64,000 bases of DNA from Candidatus Multivoradales bacterium (lineage in GTDB: Bacteria > Acidobacteriota > Thermoanaerobaculia > Multivoradales > JAHEKO01), in NCBI GenBank assembly GCA_965223855.1, contig CBDCXM010000008.1, positions 576,001 to 640,000 of the forward strand. Reading direction: 5' to 3'. Under the pieces are notes generated by a model. The model did not search any database and was not told the DNA's origin. It saw only the letters and a list, made by a program, of their open reading frames with translations. Below, piece after piece: positions 48,392 through 58,925 of the stretch. Each line of letters opens with the position of its first letter. Position 1 is the stretch's first letter. The translations under genes were made by a program, and so were the position numbers.

Positions 48392-51300
48392 TCACTCCGA
48401 AGGCGACACGGTGATCTCGTCGCCCGCCGAGAAGGCGGCAAACTCGGGCGCGTACATCGACTGCAGCGTCGCCGGGCCGACCCGGAAGGTACCGCCGAGG
48501 TTCGCCCGCAGACGGTAGCGCAGCGTGTACTCGCCCACCGGCAGCCACTCGAAGAAGAAGTCGGTGCCGCTGTCGCGGACCTGCTCGTACCAGCCGACGC
48601 CCGTGCCCCAGCGGTAGCCGGAACGCACCGCCTCCGGTTCGAGACCCGCCGCCCGCGGATCGCGCAGGTGAACGTATTCTGCCGCGTGGCTCGCACGGAT
48701 CGACAGCTCGACCTCGACCTGGTCTCCCGGCTCGAGAGTGGCCCCCGCCTCGATCGGCTCCAGGCGCCACTCGGTGCCGTCATGCGTGCGTCGCCAGTAA
48801 CGGCGCTCGACACCGAAGAAGTCGCTCGACGCTTCCTCGGGCATCGTCTCGGTCGAGTAGTGCCAGGTCGCCGAGGCGAAAAGCAGCCCGGGGGTGTCCT
48901 TCGTCACCGTCACCCGACCGTGACCGGGAGTGACCGCTTCACCCGCCACCACCCACTGCTGCTTGGCCGTGTCCGGATCGTCGGGAAGGAAATCGAAGCT
49001 CCGGCGCTCGCCGGCCAGCTCGACCGTGGCACGCTCCTCGACTCCGAGCTCCCCCTCGGCGGAGAGGTAGTGAATCAGGGAGTAGAGCACCTCCGCCGTG
49101 GCGCGGGTCGACTTCCAGTGGCTGAGCTTCTTGTTGAGCAACAGCCAGTGAACGAGGCCACGGCGCCGGGGATCGTCGCCGTCGAGTTCGCCGAGGACCC
49201 TCAGTGCGAAGGCGTGGGTCTCGATGGAGTCGTTGTACCAGAGCCAGGCGCGCTCTTCCGGGGCCCAGTAGGTGCCGAGATCCTCGGACTCCTTCGCCGA
49301 GTCCATGACGCTGTCGAACACGAGGCGCGCATCGCCCGATCGACCGGCCCGCTCGAGGGTCAGTGCGAGCTGCCCCTTGATGAGAGGCGAGTGGTTCTTC
49401 CAGTGGCGGAACGAGAGTTCGAGCATCCGCTCGCGATCGGCGGCCGTGAACACACCCCCGGTCCAGCTCTCGTCCGGGTAGCTCGACAGGACGAAGTTGA
49501 GCATCGTCATCAGCTCGTGCCCCCGCTCCTGCTCCTCCAGTTCCGCAATGAAGCGATCGAAGTAGTGCCGCCTGAGATAGCCCCAGGCGGGCTCGACCAG
49601 CTCCCGCGGCACGTCGACCCCGAACTCGAGCGCTCTCGACAGGCCGCCGAGGATGTAGAGGGTCATGTAGGGCGAGGGCGGCCCGCCCGGCCACCAGGGG
49701 AAGCCGCCGATCGCCGTCTGCGACTCGGTCAGCCGCGCCAGCGCCGCGTCCCGTTCTGCGCGGGCCACTTCGGGATCGAGAAGCCGGATGAGCCGCTCGT
49801 CGCCCGCCGCGCCTCCGGCGGCCGCGCCCAGCCACGGTGTCTCGACGAGCGCCATCGAGCGATTCGGATCGTCTCGATCCCACGGCTCGAGCCGGGTGTC
49901 GCGTTCGCTCAACCGGCGGCCGAGCTCGGCAACGAGCGGATGTGCTTCGAACACCTCGCGCACGATCCCGGTCGAAACGAAGCGGTTGAGCGTCTGCTCG
50001 GTGCACTCGTAGGGAAAATCGACCAGATACGGGAGCGCCGAGAGCACCGACTGAAAGAGCTGGCCGTCGAGGGTGACGACGAACTGTTCGTCGACTCGCG
50101 TCGCGTCACCGCCCTCCGCCAGAGCGGCGAACTCGAGCAGTCGCTCGGCGGTGCCGTCGAGCGCCGCGAAGCGCGACTCGATCAGGTGCACCCGCCCGGG
50201 CAGGAGCGGCAGCGGCCGCAGCTCGCCGTCGCTCCAGTCGCCGGCGGTGCCGACGGCGCGCACGGCCACCTCGCCGACGCCGTTGGGGGCCGCCACCGGC
50301 AGTGAGAACGTCTCGGCTTCTCCGGGGCCGAGCGCGAACGGAAGGTCGCTGCGCCGCGGCCCGTCGAGGTCGAACGCCGCCGCCACGCTCTCCTCGGTCT
50401 CGGGATCGAGAAGGTCGAAGTCCAGCCGGCCGGAGAGCGCCGACTCGCCGCTGTTCTGCACGACAACCCGCAGCTCGGCTCGATCGCCCTCCCTGAGGAA
50501 CCGTGGCAAGTACGGCCTTACCAGCAGATCCTTGGTCGTCCTCACCTGGCGCTCGAGCCGGCCGTAGTCGAGCTCCGTCGTCAGAGCGTGCACCCACACG
50601 CTCCACTCGGTCACCGAGTCGGGCACGGTGAACTCGAAGACGACCGAGCCGTCTTCGCCCGTCAGCAGGTGCGGCTCCCAGAAGGCGGTCTCCGAGAAGT
50701 CGGTGCGCAGTTCGGGTGCACCGGCATCGGTAGCTCCATCCTCCTCGATCTGCCCGCGCTCCGCCTCCCCGTCTGCCAGGTAGCCCAGCGCCTCGACGCC
50801 GTCCGACTGAGCCGCTACTTCCATCATCGCAGCGGGTGCTTCCACCGCCATCGGCGTCGGTGGTCCTCCCGCCCGGGCGAGCCGCCGGCCGGGCCCCCCG
50901 ATGCCGTAGTCATCGAACGCCTTCAAGCGATCGTCGCGGTAGTACGGCCGATCGGGAAGCGGCGACCAACCCTTCTCCCAGCGCAGCACCGGGTGCTGCG
51001 AGCCGAGCCCGCTCTGCCAGGCGTCGAGCCTCGCTCCCGTCCTGGCGAACGGAGCCGGCCGCGGCGGGGTGTGCGAGGCGAACAGATCGAGACTGCGGTC
51101 GAACATGTAGGCCAAGAGCTCCGCCGCCGCGGTGCCGAGAGACTCGCCGTCCGCGGTGGCCACCTCGATCCGCCAACGTTCTTCGTCTCCGGGCCGGAGC
51201 CGATCGCGGAAGGTCGAGAAACTCAGGCGGAGATCCTCGTCGCGCGGCGGCACCGCGACATGGGCGGTCATCGACAGCGGCTGGTAGTCGCGAACGGAGC

Positions 51301-54300
51301 GGAGCCGGAACTGCAGGCCGCCGACGTCCTCGGTCCCGACAGGCAGCTCGATCGTCTCGGGGTTCGGTCCCGCCTCGAAGTAGCGCACTTCCGGCTGCCG
51401 GCCGGGCCGGGCGATCTCGAGCGCCAGCCACTGCCCGGGGAAACCGGAGTGCACCAGGATCCTCGCCCGTTCTCCCACCGGCACCGTCCGGCGCTCGCTC
51501 TCGAGCAGCAGGGGGAGCGGCAGCGCGGCGTCGCCCGCGACGACAAACTCGACGCTGCGCTCGAAAGTCGAGCCGAAGGCGTCGTCGGTCGCGTAGTGGA
51601 GGCGGTAGGCACCGGCAACGAGGTCCGCCAGGGAGAGGACGGTAGCCCCGTCCTCGCCATGCTCGACGACGCCCGAAGAGTGCTCCGCTCCGTCGTCCCA
51701 CGAGCTGAGCATCCGCCCCGGCTGGAGTCCCGAATCCCAACGGGGTCGGAGCTCATCTCCCTCGGTCCTGTAGTCGCCCTGCCCGGCGACCGGCATGTCG
51801 GTGGGCAGACGGGTGTCGTCGGGCTGGTCCAGAGCGACGAGCCGCCAACGCGCCGACCCCGCTCGCGCCACCCCGTCGAGGTCGGAACGCAGGATCCGGT
51901 AACTCATCGAACCGCCGGCGCCCCCACTCACCGTCGCGAATGCCCGCTCGGCAGTGAGGGTCGCCTCGACCGTGGTGAAGCCGAGGGTGAACGTCCGCTC
52001 GGCGGATCGGGTCTCGCCGCCGGCATCGGTGGCGTCGACCGACAGCCGGTAGCGGAAGCGGAGCCCTTCGCCCGCCTTGCGCTCGTCCGCCTCCGGCAGG
52101 AAGGTGACGGTGAACGCGCCGTCGGCATCGAGCGCTGCGACTCCGCCGGCCACCGTCTCGCGCTGGCCGACCGGCTGCGGACGCCACCAGCCCCACCAGT
52201 CCGGGTAGCGCGGCTCGCGGGTCACCGTCCAGCGGATCTCGCCGTCCACCAGTGGAGCGCCAAAGTAGTAGCGCGCTTCGCCGGCGAAGGTCGCCGTCCG
52301 GTTGAGCCGCAGCTCGGCCTCAGGCTCCTCGACGGTCACCTCGAAGGTGGGCCGCTTGTACTCCTCCACCTTCACCGGCGCCGAACCGTTCGGGGTCGCA
52401 CGCAACTGCCAGTCGCCGAGAAGCCTCCCCTGAGGCAGTTCGAAGCTGCCGGAGGCGCTGCCGAAGGAGTTGGCCTCGACGGTCGTGCTCGCCACAACCT
52501 CCCAGTTGGCATCCACCAGCTCGACGGTGATCTGGGAGCCCGGCAGCACGGTCTGGCGCTCCTCGGCCTCGACTCGCCGATAGGCGACCGCTTTCCACAG
52601 CACCTGCTGCCCCGGTCGGTAGACGCTGCGATCGGTGAAGAGGAGCACCTGCTCGGTGTCGCGAAGCCGCGGGGAGTACTCCGCGCGCAGCGAGACCTGC
52701 TGGAAGGCCAGCTCCTCACCGTGGCGGGCCACCAGCATGGCTGCGGCCCCTCGACTGGCCTTATGGACGAAGCGGGCGGCGCCCTCGTGGTCCGTCTCGC
52801 GGGCCGTCTGACGCCGGTGCCCGCGCCGGTAGTCGAGGCCCCAAAGCTCGACCTCGGCCCCCTCGACTGGATCGCCGCTCGCGCCGTCGCGCACCTCCGC
52901 CACGGTCAGCCCGGCGCGGCTCACGGAGTCGAGGACGATCGCGCTGCGGATCCAGTGGACCGCCTCGACCCGGTTGCGCCGGCGCGAGAAGGAGCGATCG
53001 GCCGAGGCCGCCACGAGCCACAGCCCGGGACGCGAAGAGGGAGGGACGACGTAGGTCTGATGCATCTCGAGGTCGGGCGTGGCCGGCAGATCGACCTCCC
53101 ACTCGAAGTCCGGCTTCGCACCGATGAGCCGGTCCTCGACCTCACGGCGCCCCGGGAGGAGCGAACGGTCGAGCCCCTCGGTAAGCGCCTCTTCGAGGTC
53201 GACCCACCAGGCCCGGAAGAACAGGCGGTCGAGATTGCGATGACGCACCAGGATCGAGCGCCGCTCGGGACCATCGACCAACATCGACTGGAGCGAGAAC
53301 GAAGGCGCCTCGAGCGCCGCGACAAGGTGGCGGCAATAACGTCCGCCGAAGCTGTCGGGATGGACGGCGGCCCCTTCCGCAGCGAGATCGCGGGCTCGCG
53401 CAAGGGCATCGTCTGCGCCGGAGTCGCGCGTCCATTCGGCCAGCAACGCCCGGCCCGTCGACCACCATTCGACGTCGCGACCGAGCCGCCCGAGGGCTCC
53501 CTCGAGGTCCGCCCGCAGCGCCTGCCGCTCCTCGGCCGAACTGAAGTGTGCCGCGAGCGCCTGCAGACGCGCCATCCGGGCATCGAGAGCGGCTTCCCCG
53601 CGGCCGCCCTCGAGGTGCCAGCGCTCCAGGTCGCCATAGAGCGCTGCAAGTCGAGCGAGCGGATGATCGTCGGTTGCGGCTCGGCCGGCGATCAACGCCT
53701 CGAGGTCGAGCCGATGGATCTGGTTCGAGTCGCTCGCGGACCAGTGAGCAGAGTTGGCCAGGAAGCCCGCCCACAGATGGGTTACCGAATCGCGCAGCGT
53801 GCCGCGAATGCGCTTCGGGAGATCGTTGGGCTCGAGGGTCCCCGCAAGGTCGGAGGTCGGCTCCAGCCCCCACGACTCCCGGTCCACCCACAGACTGAGG
53901 AAGGCATCGTCGATTTCGGCCGCCAGCTGCGCGCTCGTCCAGCGGGTGAAGTCGAGATCCCGGCGCTCACCACTGCGCTCCCGCTGACCGATCTCCCAGC
54001 CGTAGCGGCCGAGGTAGAGAACGAGCGTCTGCGCCCGCAGGAGTGCGCGAGCCCGGCTCGCTGCACCGACCTGGCCGGCCGTGCCGGTCGGCTCTGGCCA
54101 CGCGGCCGACTCCACCAACCGCACCGCTCCCTCGAACTCGCCGAGCGACGCGGTGAGCTGAGCCTCGCGCACCAGGGCGCGCGCCCAGTCGTCCTCGAGG
54201 CCGGCGGCAGCCGCAGCCTCGCGCAGCCGGCCGAGCTCCTCGACGGCAGCCTGGTGTTTCTGCTCCTCCACCAGGCGATCGACCGTCTGCCAGCGCTCCT

Positions 54301-54427
54301 CCAGGCTCATCGATCCCGACGGCTCCGGCGCCGCCGCGTGGCCGCTGCCGCAGCCCGCCGCCAACGCGGCCATGAGGGCGACGAAGCCCGTCGCCAGGAT
54401 GAAACTCCTCTGTCGGTTCTGCCGCAT
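48392..54427 (-). CDS. Bacterial alpha-2-macroglobulin family lipoprotein (about 2010 aa)
   Basis: Lipobox 'LAAGC'; MG2 'FTDRSVYRPGQ', 'VEEYKRPTFEV', 'RTDFSETAFW.P.L', 'PRFLREGD', thioester 'CTEQ', C-terminal 'MYAPEF'. Confidence 0.93.
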   Translation of the reverse strand: MRQNRQRSFILATGFVALMAALAAGCGSGHAAAPEPSGSMSLEERWQTVDRLVEEQKHQAAVEELGRLREAAAAAGLEDDWARALVREAQLTASLGEFEGAVRLVESAAWPEPTGTAGQVGAASRARALLRAQTLVLYLGRYGWEIGQRERSGERRDLDFTRWTSAQLAAEIDDAFLSLWVDRESWGLEPTSDLAGTLEPNDLPKRIRGTLRDSVTHLWAGFLANSAHWSASDSNQIHRLDLEALIAGRAATDDHPLARLAALYGDLERWHLEGGRGEAALDARMARLQALAAHFSSAEERQALRADLEGALGRLGRDVEWWSTGRALLAEWTRDSGADDALARARDLAAEGAAVHPDSFGGRYCRHLVAALEAPSFSLQSMLVDGPERRSILVRHRNLDRLFFRAWWVDLEEALTEGLDRSLLPGRREVEDRLIGAKPDFEWEVDLPATPDLEMHQTYVVPPSSRPGLWLVAASADRSFSRRRNRVEAVHWIRSAIVLDSVSRAGLTVAEVRDGASGDPVEGAEVELWGLDYRRGHRRQTARETDHEGAARFVHKASRGAAAMLVARHGEELAFQQVSLRAEYSPRLRDTEQVLLFTDRSVYRPGQQVLWKAVAYRRVEAEERQTVLPGSQITVELVDANWEVVASTTVEANSFGSASGSFELPQGRLLGDWQLRATPNGSAPVKVEEYKRPTFEVTVEEPEAELRLNRTATFAGEARYYFGAPLVDGEIRWTVTREPRYPDWWGWWRPQPVGQRETVAGGVAALDADGAFTVTFLPEADERKAGEGLRFRYRLSVDATDAGGETRSAERTFTLGFTTVEATLTAERAFATVSGGAGGSMSYRILRSDLDGVARAGSARWRLVALDQPDDTRLPTDMPVAGQGDYRTEGDELRPRWDSGLQPGRMLSSWDDGAEHSSGVVEHGEDGATVLSLADLVAGAYRLHYATDDAFGSTFERSVEFVVAGDAALPLPLLLESERRTVPVGERARILVHSGFPGQWLALEIARPGRQPEVRYFEAGPNPETIELPVGTEDVGGLQFRLRSVRDYQPLSMTAHVAVPPRDEDLRLSFSTFRDRLRPGDEERWRIEVATADGESLGTAAAELLAYMFDRSLDLFASHTPPRPAPFARTGARLDAWQSGLGSQHPVLRWEKGWSPLPDRPYYRDDRLKAFDDYGIGGPGRRLARAGGPPTPMAVEAPAAMMEVAAQSDGVEALGYLADGEAERGQIEEDGATDAGAPELRTDFSETAFWEPHLLTGEDGSVVFEFTVPDSVTEWSVWVHALTTELDYGRLERQVRTTKDLLVRPYLPRFLREGDRAELRVVVQNSGESALSGRLDFDLLDPETEESVAAAFDLDGPRRSDLPFALGPGEAETFSLPVAAPNGVGEVAVRAVGTAGDWSDGELRPLPLLPGRVHLIESRFAALDGTAERLLEFAALAEGGDATRVDEQFVVTLDGQLFQSVLSALPYLVDFPYECTEQTLNRFVSTGIVREVFEAHPLVAELGRRLSERDTRLEPWDRDDPNRSMALVETPWLGAAAGGAAGDERLIRLLDPEVARAERDAALARLTESQTAIGGFPWWPGGPPSPYMTLYILGGLSRALEFGVDVPRELVEPAWGYLRRHYFDRFIAELEEQERGHELMTMLNFVLSSYPDESWTGGVFTAADRERMLELSFRHWKNHSPLIKGQLALTLERAGRSGDARLVFDSVMDSAKESEDLGTYWAPEERAWLWYNDSIETHAFALRVLGELDGDDPRRRGLVHWLLLNKKLSHWKSTRATAEVLYSLIHYLSAEGELGVEERATVELAGERRSFDFLPDDPDTAKQQWVVAGEAVTPGHGRVTVTKDTPGLLFASATWHYSTETMPEEASSDFFGVERRYWRRTHDGTEWRLEPIEAGATLEPGDQVEVELSIRASHAAEYVHLRDPRAAGLEPEAVRSGYRWGTGVGWYEQVRDSGTDFFFEWLPVGEYTLRYRLRANLGGTFRVGPATLQSMYAPEFAAFSAGDEITVSPSE

Positions 54428-54491
54428 CGTCGCCTCCACCGAGTTAGACCCACCAGAGTGACGAAACGAAACCGCCGGGCCCGAGTCGTCG

Positions 54492-55241
54492 TCACTCCTC
54501 GCGATGCACCGCGTAGGCGGTCGCCTGGTCGCGCGGTCGAACGACGATCTCGTCGATGTTGACGTGCGACGGCCGGGTCGCCGCCCAGGCGATGCAGTCC
54601 GCGATGTCGTCGGGTGTCAGGGGGGTCATGCCCTGATAGACCGCCGCCGCCCGCGCTTCGTCACCCCGAAACCGGATGCGCGAGAACTCCGTCTCGACCA
54701 TGCCGGGGCAGATCTCCGTCACCCGGATCGGCCGACCGAGGAGTTCGAGCCGCAACGTCTTCGTCAGGGCACGCAACGCATGTTTCGAAGCGGTGTATCC
54801 ACCGCCCCCGGCGTAGGCCTCGAAACCGGCGATCGACCCGACATTGACGACGTGTCCGTCGCCCGACGCCTCGATCGCCCCCACCAGCGCCCGGGTGACC
54901 CGCACCACGCCGACGACGTTGGTGTCGTACATCGCCGCCCAGTCGTCCACCGGGGTGTCGACCACCGGGTCGAGGCCGACTCCGAAGCCGGCGTTATTGA
55001 CCAGCAGATCGACCCTGTCGAGCCCGGCGGCGAAGCGTTCGACACTCGCCTCGTCCGTGACGTCGAGCCGGCGCGCCTCGGCACCGATCTCACCGGCCAG
55101 CCGCTCGAGTCGTTCGACCCGACGGGCTCCCACGACGACAGCGAACCCCTCGGCCGCAAGCCTTCGTGCGGTCGCCTCGCCGATCCCGGCGCTGGCTCCC
55201 GTCACCACGGCGGTTCGTGCGCTTCGCATCTTCCGGATCAT
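54492..55241 (-). CDS. NADP-dependent SDR oxidoreductase (YdfG-like)
   Basis: 'VTGASAGIG', 'LVNNAG', 'YTASKH', 'PGMVETEFS..RF', 'P.HVNIDEI'. Confidence 0.92.
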   Translation of the reverse strand: MIRKMRSARTAVVTGASAGIGEATARRLAAEGFAVVVGARRVERLERLAGEIGAEARRLDVTDEASVERFAAGLDRVDLLVNNAGFGVGLDPVVDTPVDDWAAMYDTNVVGVVRVTRALVGAIEASGDGHVVNVGSIAGFEAYAGGGGYTASKHALRALTKTLRLELLGRPIRVTEICPGMVETEFSRIRFRGDEARAAAVYQGMTPLTPDDIADCIAWAATRPSHVNIDEIVVRPRDQATAYAVHREE

Positions 55242-55320
55242 AGCGCCGTCATCCGCTACGGGCTCGTCCGGGAGGGGCAGGCTAAGATGCGCGCTCCATG
55301 AACCTCTGGAGGGAACTCTC

Positions 55321-56004
55321 ATGACCCGCACCGCTCTCTACCGGACCGCGATGATCGCGATCGCTCTGGTCGCCCTTTCGTCGACCGCGGCGCTCTTCGC
55401 GCAGGATCTCCACCCGTCCCGCCGTGCCAGCCCTATGGGCATCGCCCGCACCGACGTCGGCGACGCCTACGTCAGCATCACCTACAGCCGCCCCTACGAG
55501 CGAGGCCGTGACGTCATCTTCGGCAGTGAGGAGGACGGCGCCCTCGTCCCCTACGGCAAGCACTGGCGGACCGGCGCCAACGAGGCGACCCAGTTGACCG
55601 CCACCGCGGACATCACCGTCGGCGGCGAGACCCTGCCGGCCGGCACCTACTCGGTTTACACGATCCCCGGCGCCGAGAGCTGGACGCTCTCCTTCAGCTC
55701 GACGCTCGGCGGAACCGGCACGATGCGCCGCAATGCCGAGAGCGGCGAGCTCGAAGACGCCTATTCGCCCGACAACGACGTGCTGAGCATCGAGGTGGCC
55801 CCGACGGAGCTCGCGGAGGAGGACAAGGTCGACCAGTTCACCATCGCGTTCGAGGAGGTCGACGAAGCGACCCATCTCGTCCTGAGCTGGATCACGACTC
55901 AGATCCGCGTCCCCGTCGGCAACTCCCTGACGCACGTCCTGACGCAGCTGTTCAGGTGTCCTCGGCGTCGTCCTTCGTCTCCAGGCGGAGGGCGGCGCCG
56001 TTGA
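55321..56004 (+). CDS. DUF2911 domain secreted protein (C-terminus may be a frameshift read-through)
   Basis: 'RASP', 'ITYSRP..RGR', 'LVPYGKHWRTGANEAT', 'LPAGTYS'. As called, it overlaps convergent msrB by 53 nt. Confidence 0.85.
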   Translation: MTRTALYRTAMIAIALVALSSTAALFAQDLHPSRRASPMGIARTDVGDAYVSITYSRPYERGRDVIFGSEEDGALVPYGKHWRTGANEATQLTATADITVGGETLPAGTYSVYTIPGAESWTLSFSSTLGGTGTMRRNAESGELEDAYSPDNDVLSIEVAPTELAEEDKVDQFTIAFEEVDEATHLVLSWITTQIRVPVGNSLTHVLTQLFRCPRRRPSSPGGGRRR

Positions 56005-56428
56005 TGCAGTAGCGCTGCCCGGTCGGCTGCGGCCCGTCGGGAAAGACGTGCCCGAGATGCCCGCCGCAACGGCGGCAGTGCACCTCGGTGCGTCGCATGA
56101 AGAGGCTCCGGTCCTCCTCGGTCTCGACGTTCTCCTCCGAGACCGGCTCATAGAAGCTCGGCCAGCCGGTTCCCGAGTCGAACTTCGTCTCAGAGGCGAA
56201 AAGATCCGTGCCGCAACCGGCGCACTGGTAGAGACCGGCCTCCTTGCTATCCCAGTAGCGGCCGGTGAAGGCCCGCTCGGTCCCCTTGCGGCGCAGTACC
56301 CGGAACTCCTCGTCGTCGAGCACCTGACGCCACTCCTCCTCGGAACGATCGTCGCGCTCGACCACCTTCATCTCTCCGTCCGCCACCGAGAAGACCTCGA
56401 TCGCGTCGCTCGCCTGCCGTTCGCTCAT
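55952..56428 (-). CDS. msrB: Peptide-methionine (R)-S-oxide reductase
   Basis: 'GTERAFTG', 'KFDSGTGWPSF', 'HLGHVFPDGP', 'RYCING'; two CxxC zinc motifs. Confidence 0.96.
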   Translation of the reverse strand: MSERQASDAIEVFSVADGEMKVVERDDRSEEEWRQVLDDEEFRVLRRKGTERAFTGRYWDSKEAGLYQCAGCGTDLFASETKFDSGTGWPSFYEPVSEENVETEEDRSLFMRRTEVHCRRCGGHLGHVFPDGPQPTGQRYCINGAALRLETKDDAEDT

Positions 56429-56444
56429 CCGACGCCCCTCCAAT

Positions 56445-56476
56445 AGAAAACCGCCGACGCTCGAAGCGCCGGCGGT
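56445..56476 (-). terminator. Rho-independent terminator after the ferredoxin gene
   Basis: Minus strand accgccggcgc-ttcga-gcgtcggcggt-tttct. Confidence 0.7.
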
Positions 56477-56516
56477 GAGACTTCCTTCTCGTGCCCGTGG
56501 GGGCTTCTCGTGCCCG

Positions 56517-56834
56517 TTACGGGTTGACGATCTTGTTGTGCGGCTTGCGAGGCGGATCGTCCCGGGGACGGACCTCCACAGGCTCGTTGTCCGCCCACTC
56601 CGGGGCGAGTTCGGCGTTGATCGCCGCCCATTCCGGATCCTCGTCTTCGGTCTCGAAGATCGCGTCGATCGGGCAGGCAGGCTTGCACAGCGAGCAGTCG
56701 ATGCAGAGGTCAGGGTCGATGACCATGAACTCTTCACCCTTGTACTCGCCGGGGTAGATGCAGTCGACCGGACAGACCTCTACGCAGTCCGCGTACCGCT
56801 CCCCGAGGCAGGCTTCACCAATCACATATGCCAT
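56517..56834 (-). CDS. 7Fe ([3Fe-4S][4Fe-4S]) ferredoxin, FdxA-type
   Basis: 'MAYVIGEAC...[11 protein letters not shown]...[22 protein letters not shown]'. Confidence 0.92.
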   Translation of the reverse strand: MAYVIGEACLGERYADCVEVCPVDCIYPGEYKGEEFMVIDPDLCIDCSLCKPACPIDAIFETEDEDPEWAAINAELAPEWADNEPVEVRPRDDPPRKPHNKIVNP

Positions 56835-56968
56835 CGCATGTCTCCCTAGGTCGTAGGTGTCCGCGCCCGCCCGACCGCTGCCGGCGCCTCGACAGCGCGC
56901 AGTGTACTGAGCAGATCGAAAAGGGAGCAAACTGGTGCGGTTTCGCTGGCCGGAATCACGGCCACCAG

Positions 56969-57009
56969 GTTTCGAGCCCCCTCCCTCCAGCAGGAAGGGG
57001 GCTCGAAAC
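56969..57009. terminator. 13-bp inverted repeat, probable terminator of the beta-propeller gene
   Basis: gtttcgagccccc ... gggggctcgaaac. Confidence 0.6.
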
Positions 57010-57025
57010 GAGATCCACGCCGGGC

Positions 57026-58732
57026 CTACTGCTCCCGGAAGCGGAAGCGGTAGACGACGTTGGCGTTGCCTCCCGTGACGTACATCCGGCCGCGCCGATC
57101 GACCGCCACGTCGTTGAAGATCCAGCTCGGCGGGGTTCCCGGGATCCCCGGTGCCCCCACTTCGAGGTCTTCCACGAGGACGGTCGCCGTCCCGGTGTCG
57201 AGATCCACCGAGGTCAGCGTTCGTGCCGCTCCCTCCACGGCAACCAGGGTCCGCTCGTCGAGAACCGCGATGCCCTCGGGCCCTCTCAGTCCCGAAGCGA
57301 CGGCCACCGGCGGGACATAGGCACCCTCTCGCCCCAGCTCCCAGACGACGCCGCTCCCCCAGTCCGCGGTCCAAAGGCCGTCGTCCGAGGCAGCGATCCC
57401 GAGCGGCAGGAAGACCGAGGTACCGTTGGCCGCGAGCAGGACCTCTCTCGTGCCGTCCGGCCGACGGCGGACGATCCGCGGCGGAACCTGCCCCGGTACG
57501 CCAGCCTCCGCGACGATGAGATCGTCGCCGAAACGCACGGCATTCAACGGCACGGCGAAGTCCGCATGGGTCTCCAATACGGCACCGCTCTTCGGATCGA
57601 TCCGCTCGACAGTGTTCGAGAACCAGCTCGTGGTCCAGATCGACTCGCCGTCCCACGACGCGGTGAGATGCGTCGCCGGCGTGCGCACCGTGCCGGTCCG
57701 CCGGCCAGTGGAGGCCCGATAGGTGCGCAGACCGAACACGTCGGCCACGGCGAGGATCTCTCGACCGCGCTCGTCCCTCGTAACGGCGATCCCGCCCGGG
57801 GCGATCGCACCGCCCCGGATGACCCGCGCTGAACTTCCGTTCGGCCTCACCCGGCGAATCGAGCCGTTCCAGGTACTCGAGACGAACAGCCGATCGGCGG
57901 CGTCGAAGGCGAGATTGTCGACTCCGGGCGCCAGCCGAGCGACAGGCTGCTTCTCTCCGGTCTCAACATCGACGCGCCACACTCTCCCCGTCGTCTGCTC
58001 GGCCACATGCAGCGCACCGGAGGCGTCGAACTTCGCCGCCACCGGGAAATCCAGCCCTGCCACCACCTCCTCGATCGAAGAGAATCCCAGATCGACATCG
58101 AGGCGGATGACCCTTCCAAGTCGTGGCTGGGGCACGTAGAGCAGTCCGTCGGGGCCGAAGTCCATCGCGTTGAGATCGCGGCTCGGATCTCCGGCGTCGG
58201 GAATCACGGCCTCGGGATCCGCCTCCAGATCCGGGTCGAGCTCGAAGAGCCCGTTGCCGAAGATGAACTGTCCGGCGAAGAGCCGCCCCTCGTCGGAGAC
58301 GGTGACGGGATTCATCCCGGGCGCCACGAACTGTCGGCCGGCCGCCTGGCCGTCGAGGAGGGCACCGACCTCCCCTCCGAGCAGCTCGGTGAAGTAGAGC
58401 CGGCCGTCGAAGCCGAAGGCGAGATCGTCCGGACCGTTGACGCCCACCTCGGGACCCCAACGGTCGAGGAAGCGGCCGGTACCCGGATGGAGCCTCACGA
58501 TCTCGCGACCAACGACGCTCGCCGCGTAGAGGCGACCGTCCTCACCGAACTGGATGCCGTTGGCGCCATGGAGCCCAGCCCCGGTGATCAGAATCCTCCC
58601 GGCCACCAGGTCGGAAGAGGGGGCACCCGCGGCCGCCACCGGCCGAGCAGAGGGTATCGAGGCGAGCGTCACCGCTGCGCACAGAAGAAAGAGCCAGTTC
58701 CCTGCTGCGTCCTTGATTCGAGTCCGTTTCAT
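57026..58732 (-). CDS. Secreted tandem beta-propeller protein (SMP-30/gluconolactonase/NHL-like)
   Basis: '[13 protein letters not shown]', 'PDDLAFG.DGRLY', '[12 protein letters not shown]', 'DNLAFD', 'PEGIAV'; signal peptide; AAAGGAG RBS. Confidence 0.85.
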   Translation of the reverse strand: MKRTRIKDAAGNWLFLLCAAVTLASIPSARPVAAAGAPSSDLVAGRILITGAGLHGANGIQFGEDGRLYAASVVGREIVRLHPGTGRFLDRWGPEVGVNGPDDLAFGFDGRLYFTELLGGEVGALLDGQAAGRQFVAPGMNPVTVSDEGRLFAGQFIFGNGLFELDPDLEADPEAVIPDAGDPSRDLNAMDFGPDGLLYVPQPRLGRVIRLDVDLGFSSIEEVVAGLDFPVAAKFDASGALHVAEQTTGRVWRVDVETGEKQPVARLAPGVDNLAFDAADRLFVSSTWNGSIRRVRPNGSSARVIRGGAIAPGGIAVTRDERGREILAVADVFGLRTYRASTGRRTGTVRTPATHLTASWDGESIWTTSWFSNTVERIDPKSGAVLETHADFAVPLNAVRFGDDLIVAEAGVPGQVPPRIVRRRPDGTREVLLAANGTSVFLPLGIAASDDGLWTADWGSGVVWELGREGAYVPPVAVASGLRGPEGIAVLDERTLVAVEGAARTLTSVDLDTGTATVLVEDLEVGAPGIPGTPPSWIFNDVAVDRRGRMYVTGGNANVVYRFRFREQ

Positions 58733-58805
58733 CGACATCTCCTTTCGCAGAAGGCGGCGATCGACGCCGCCGGGCCACGGAAGCCAACGTAGGGACTCGG
58801 TCGGA

Positions 58806-58855
58806 CGACATTCAAGCGGTACCACGCGACATAGTGCCGATGTCGTGTCATGTCG
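58806..58855. promoter_or_regulatory. Four CGACAT/ATGTCG boxes in a divergent intergenic region
   Basis: cgacat at 58806 and 58827; atgtcg at 58840 and 58850. Confidence 0.45.
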
Positions 58856-58925
58856 TCTCCGTTTCGGGAGCGCGCAAGGGCCAAAAGGCGGAGCTAGACT
58901 AGAGAGAGTCCGAGAGATCCGCAGA

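Noticed and set aside
47795-54562. Very long plus-strand ORFs (836 aa and 1324 aa) and similar Arg/Pro-rich ORFs throughout
   Set aside because: They are antisense or alternate-frame shadows of real genes, expected in high-GC DNA, with no motifs.
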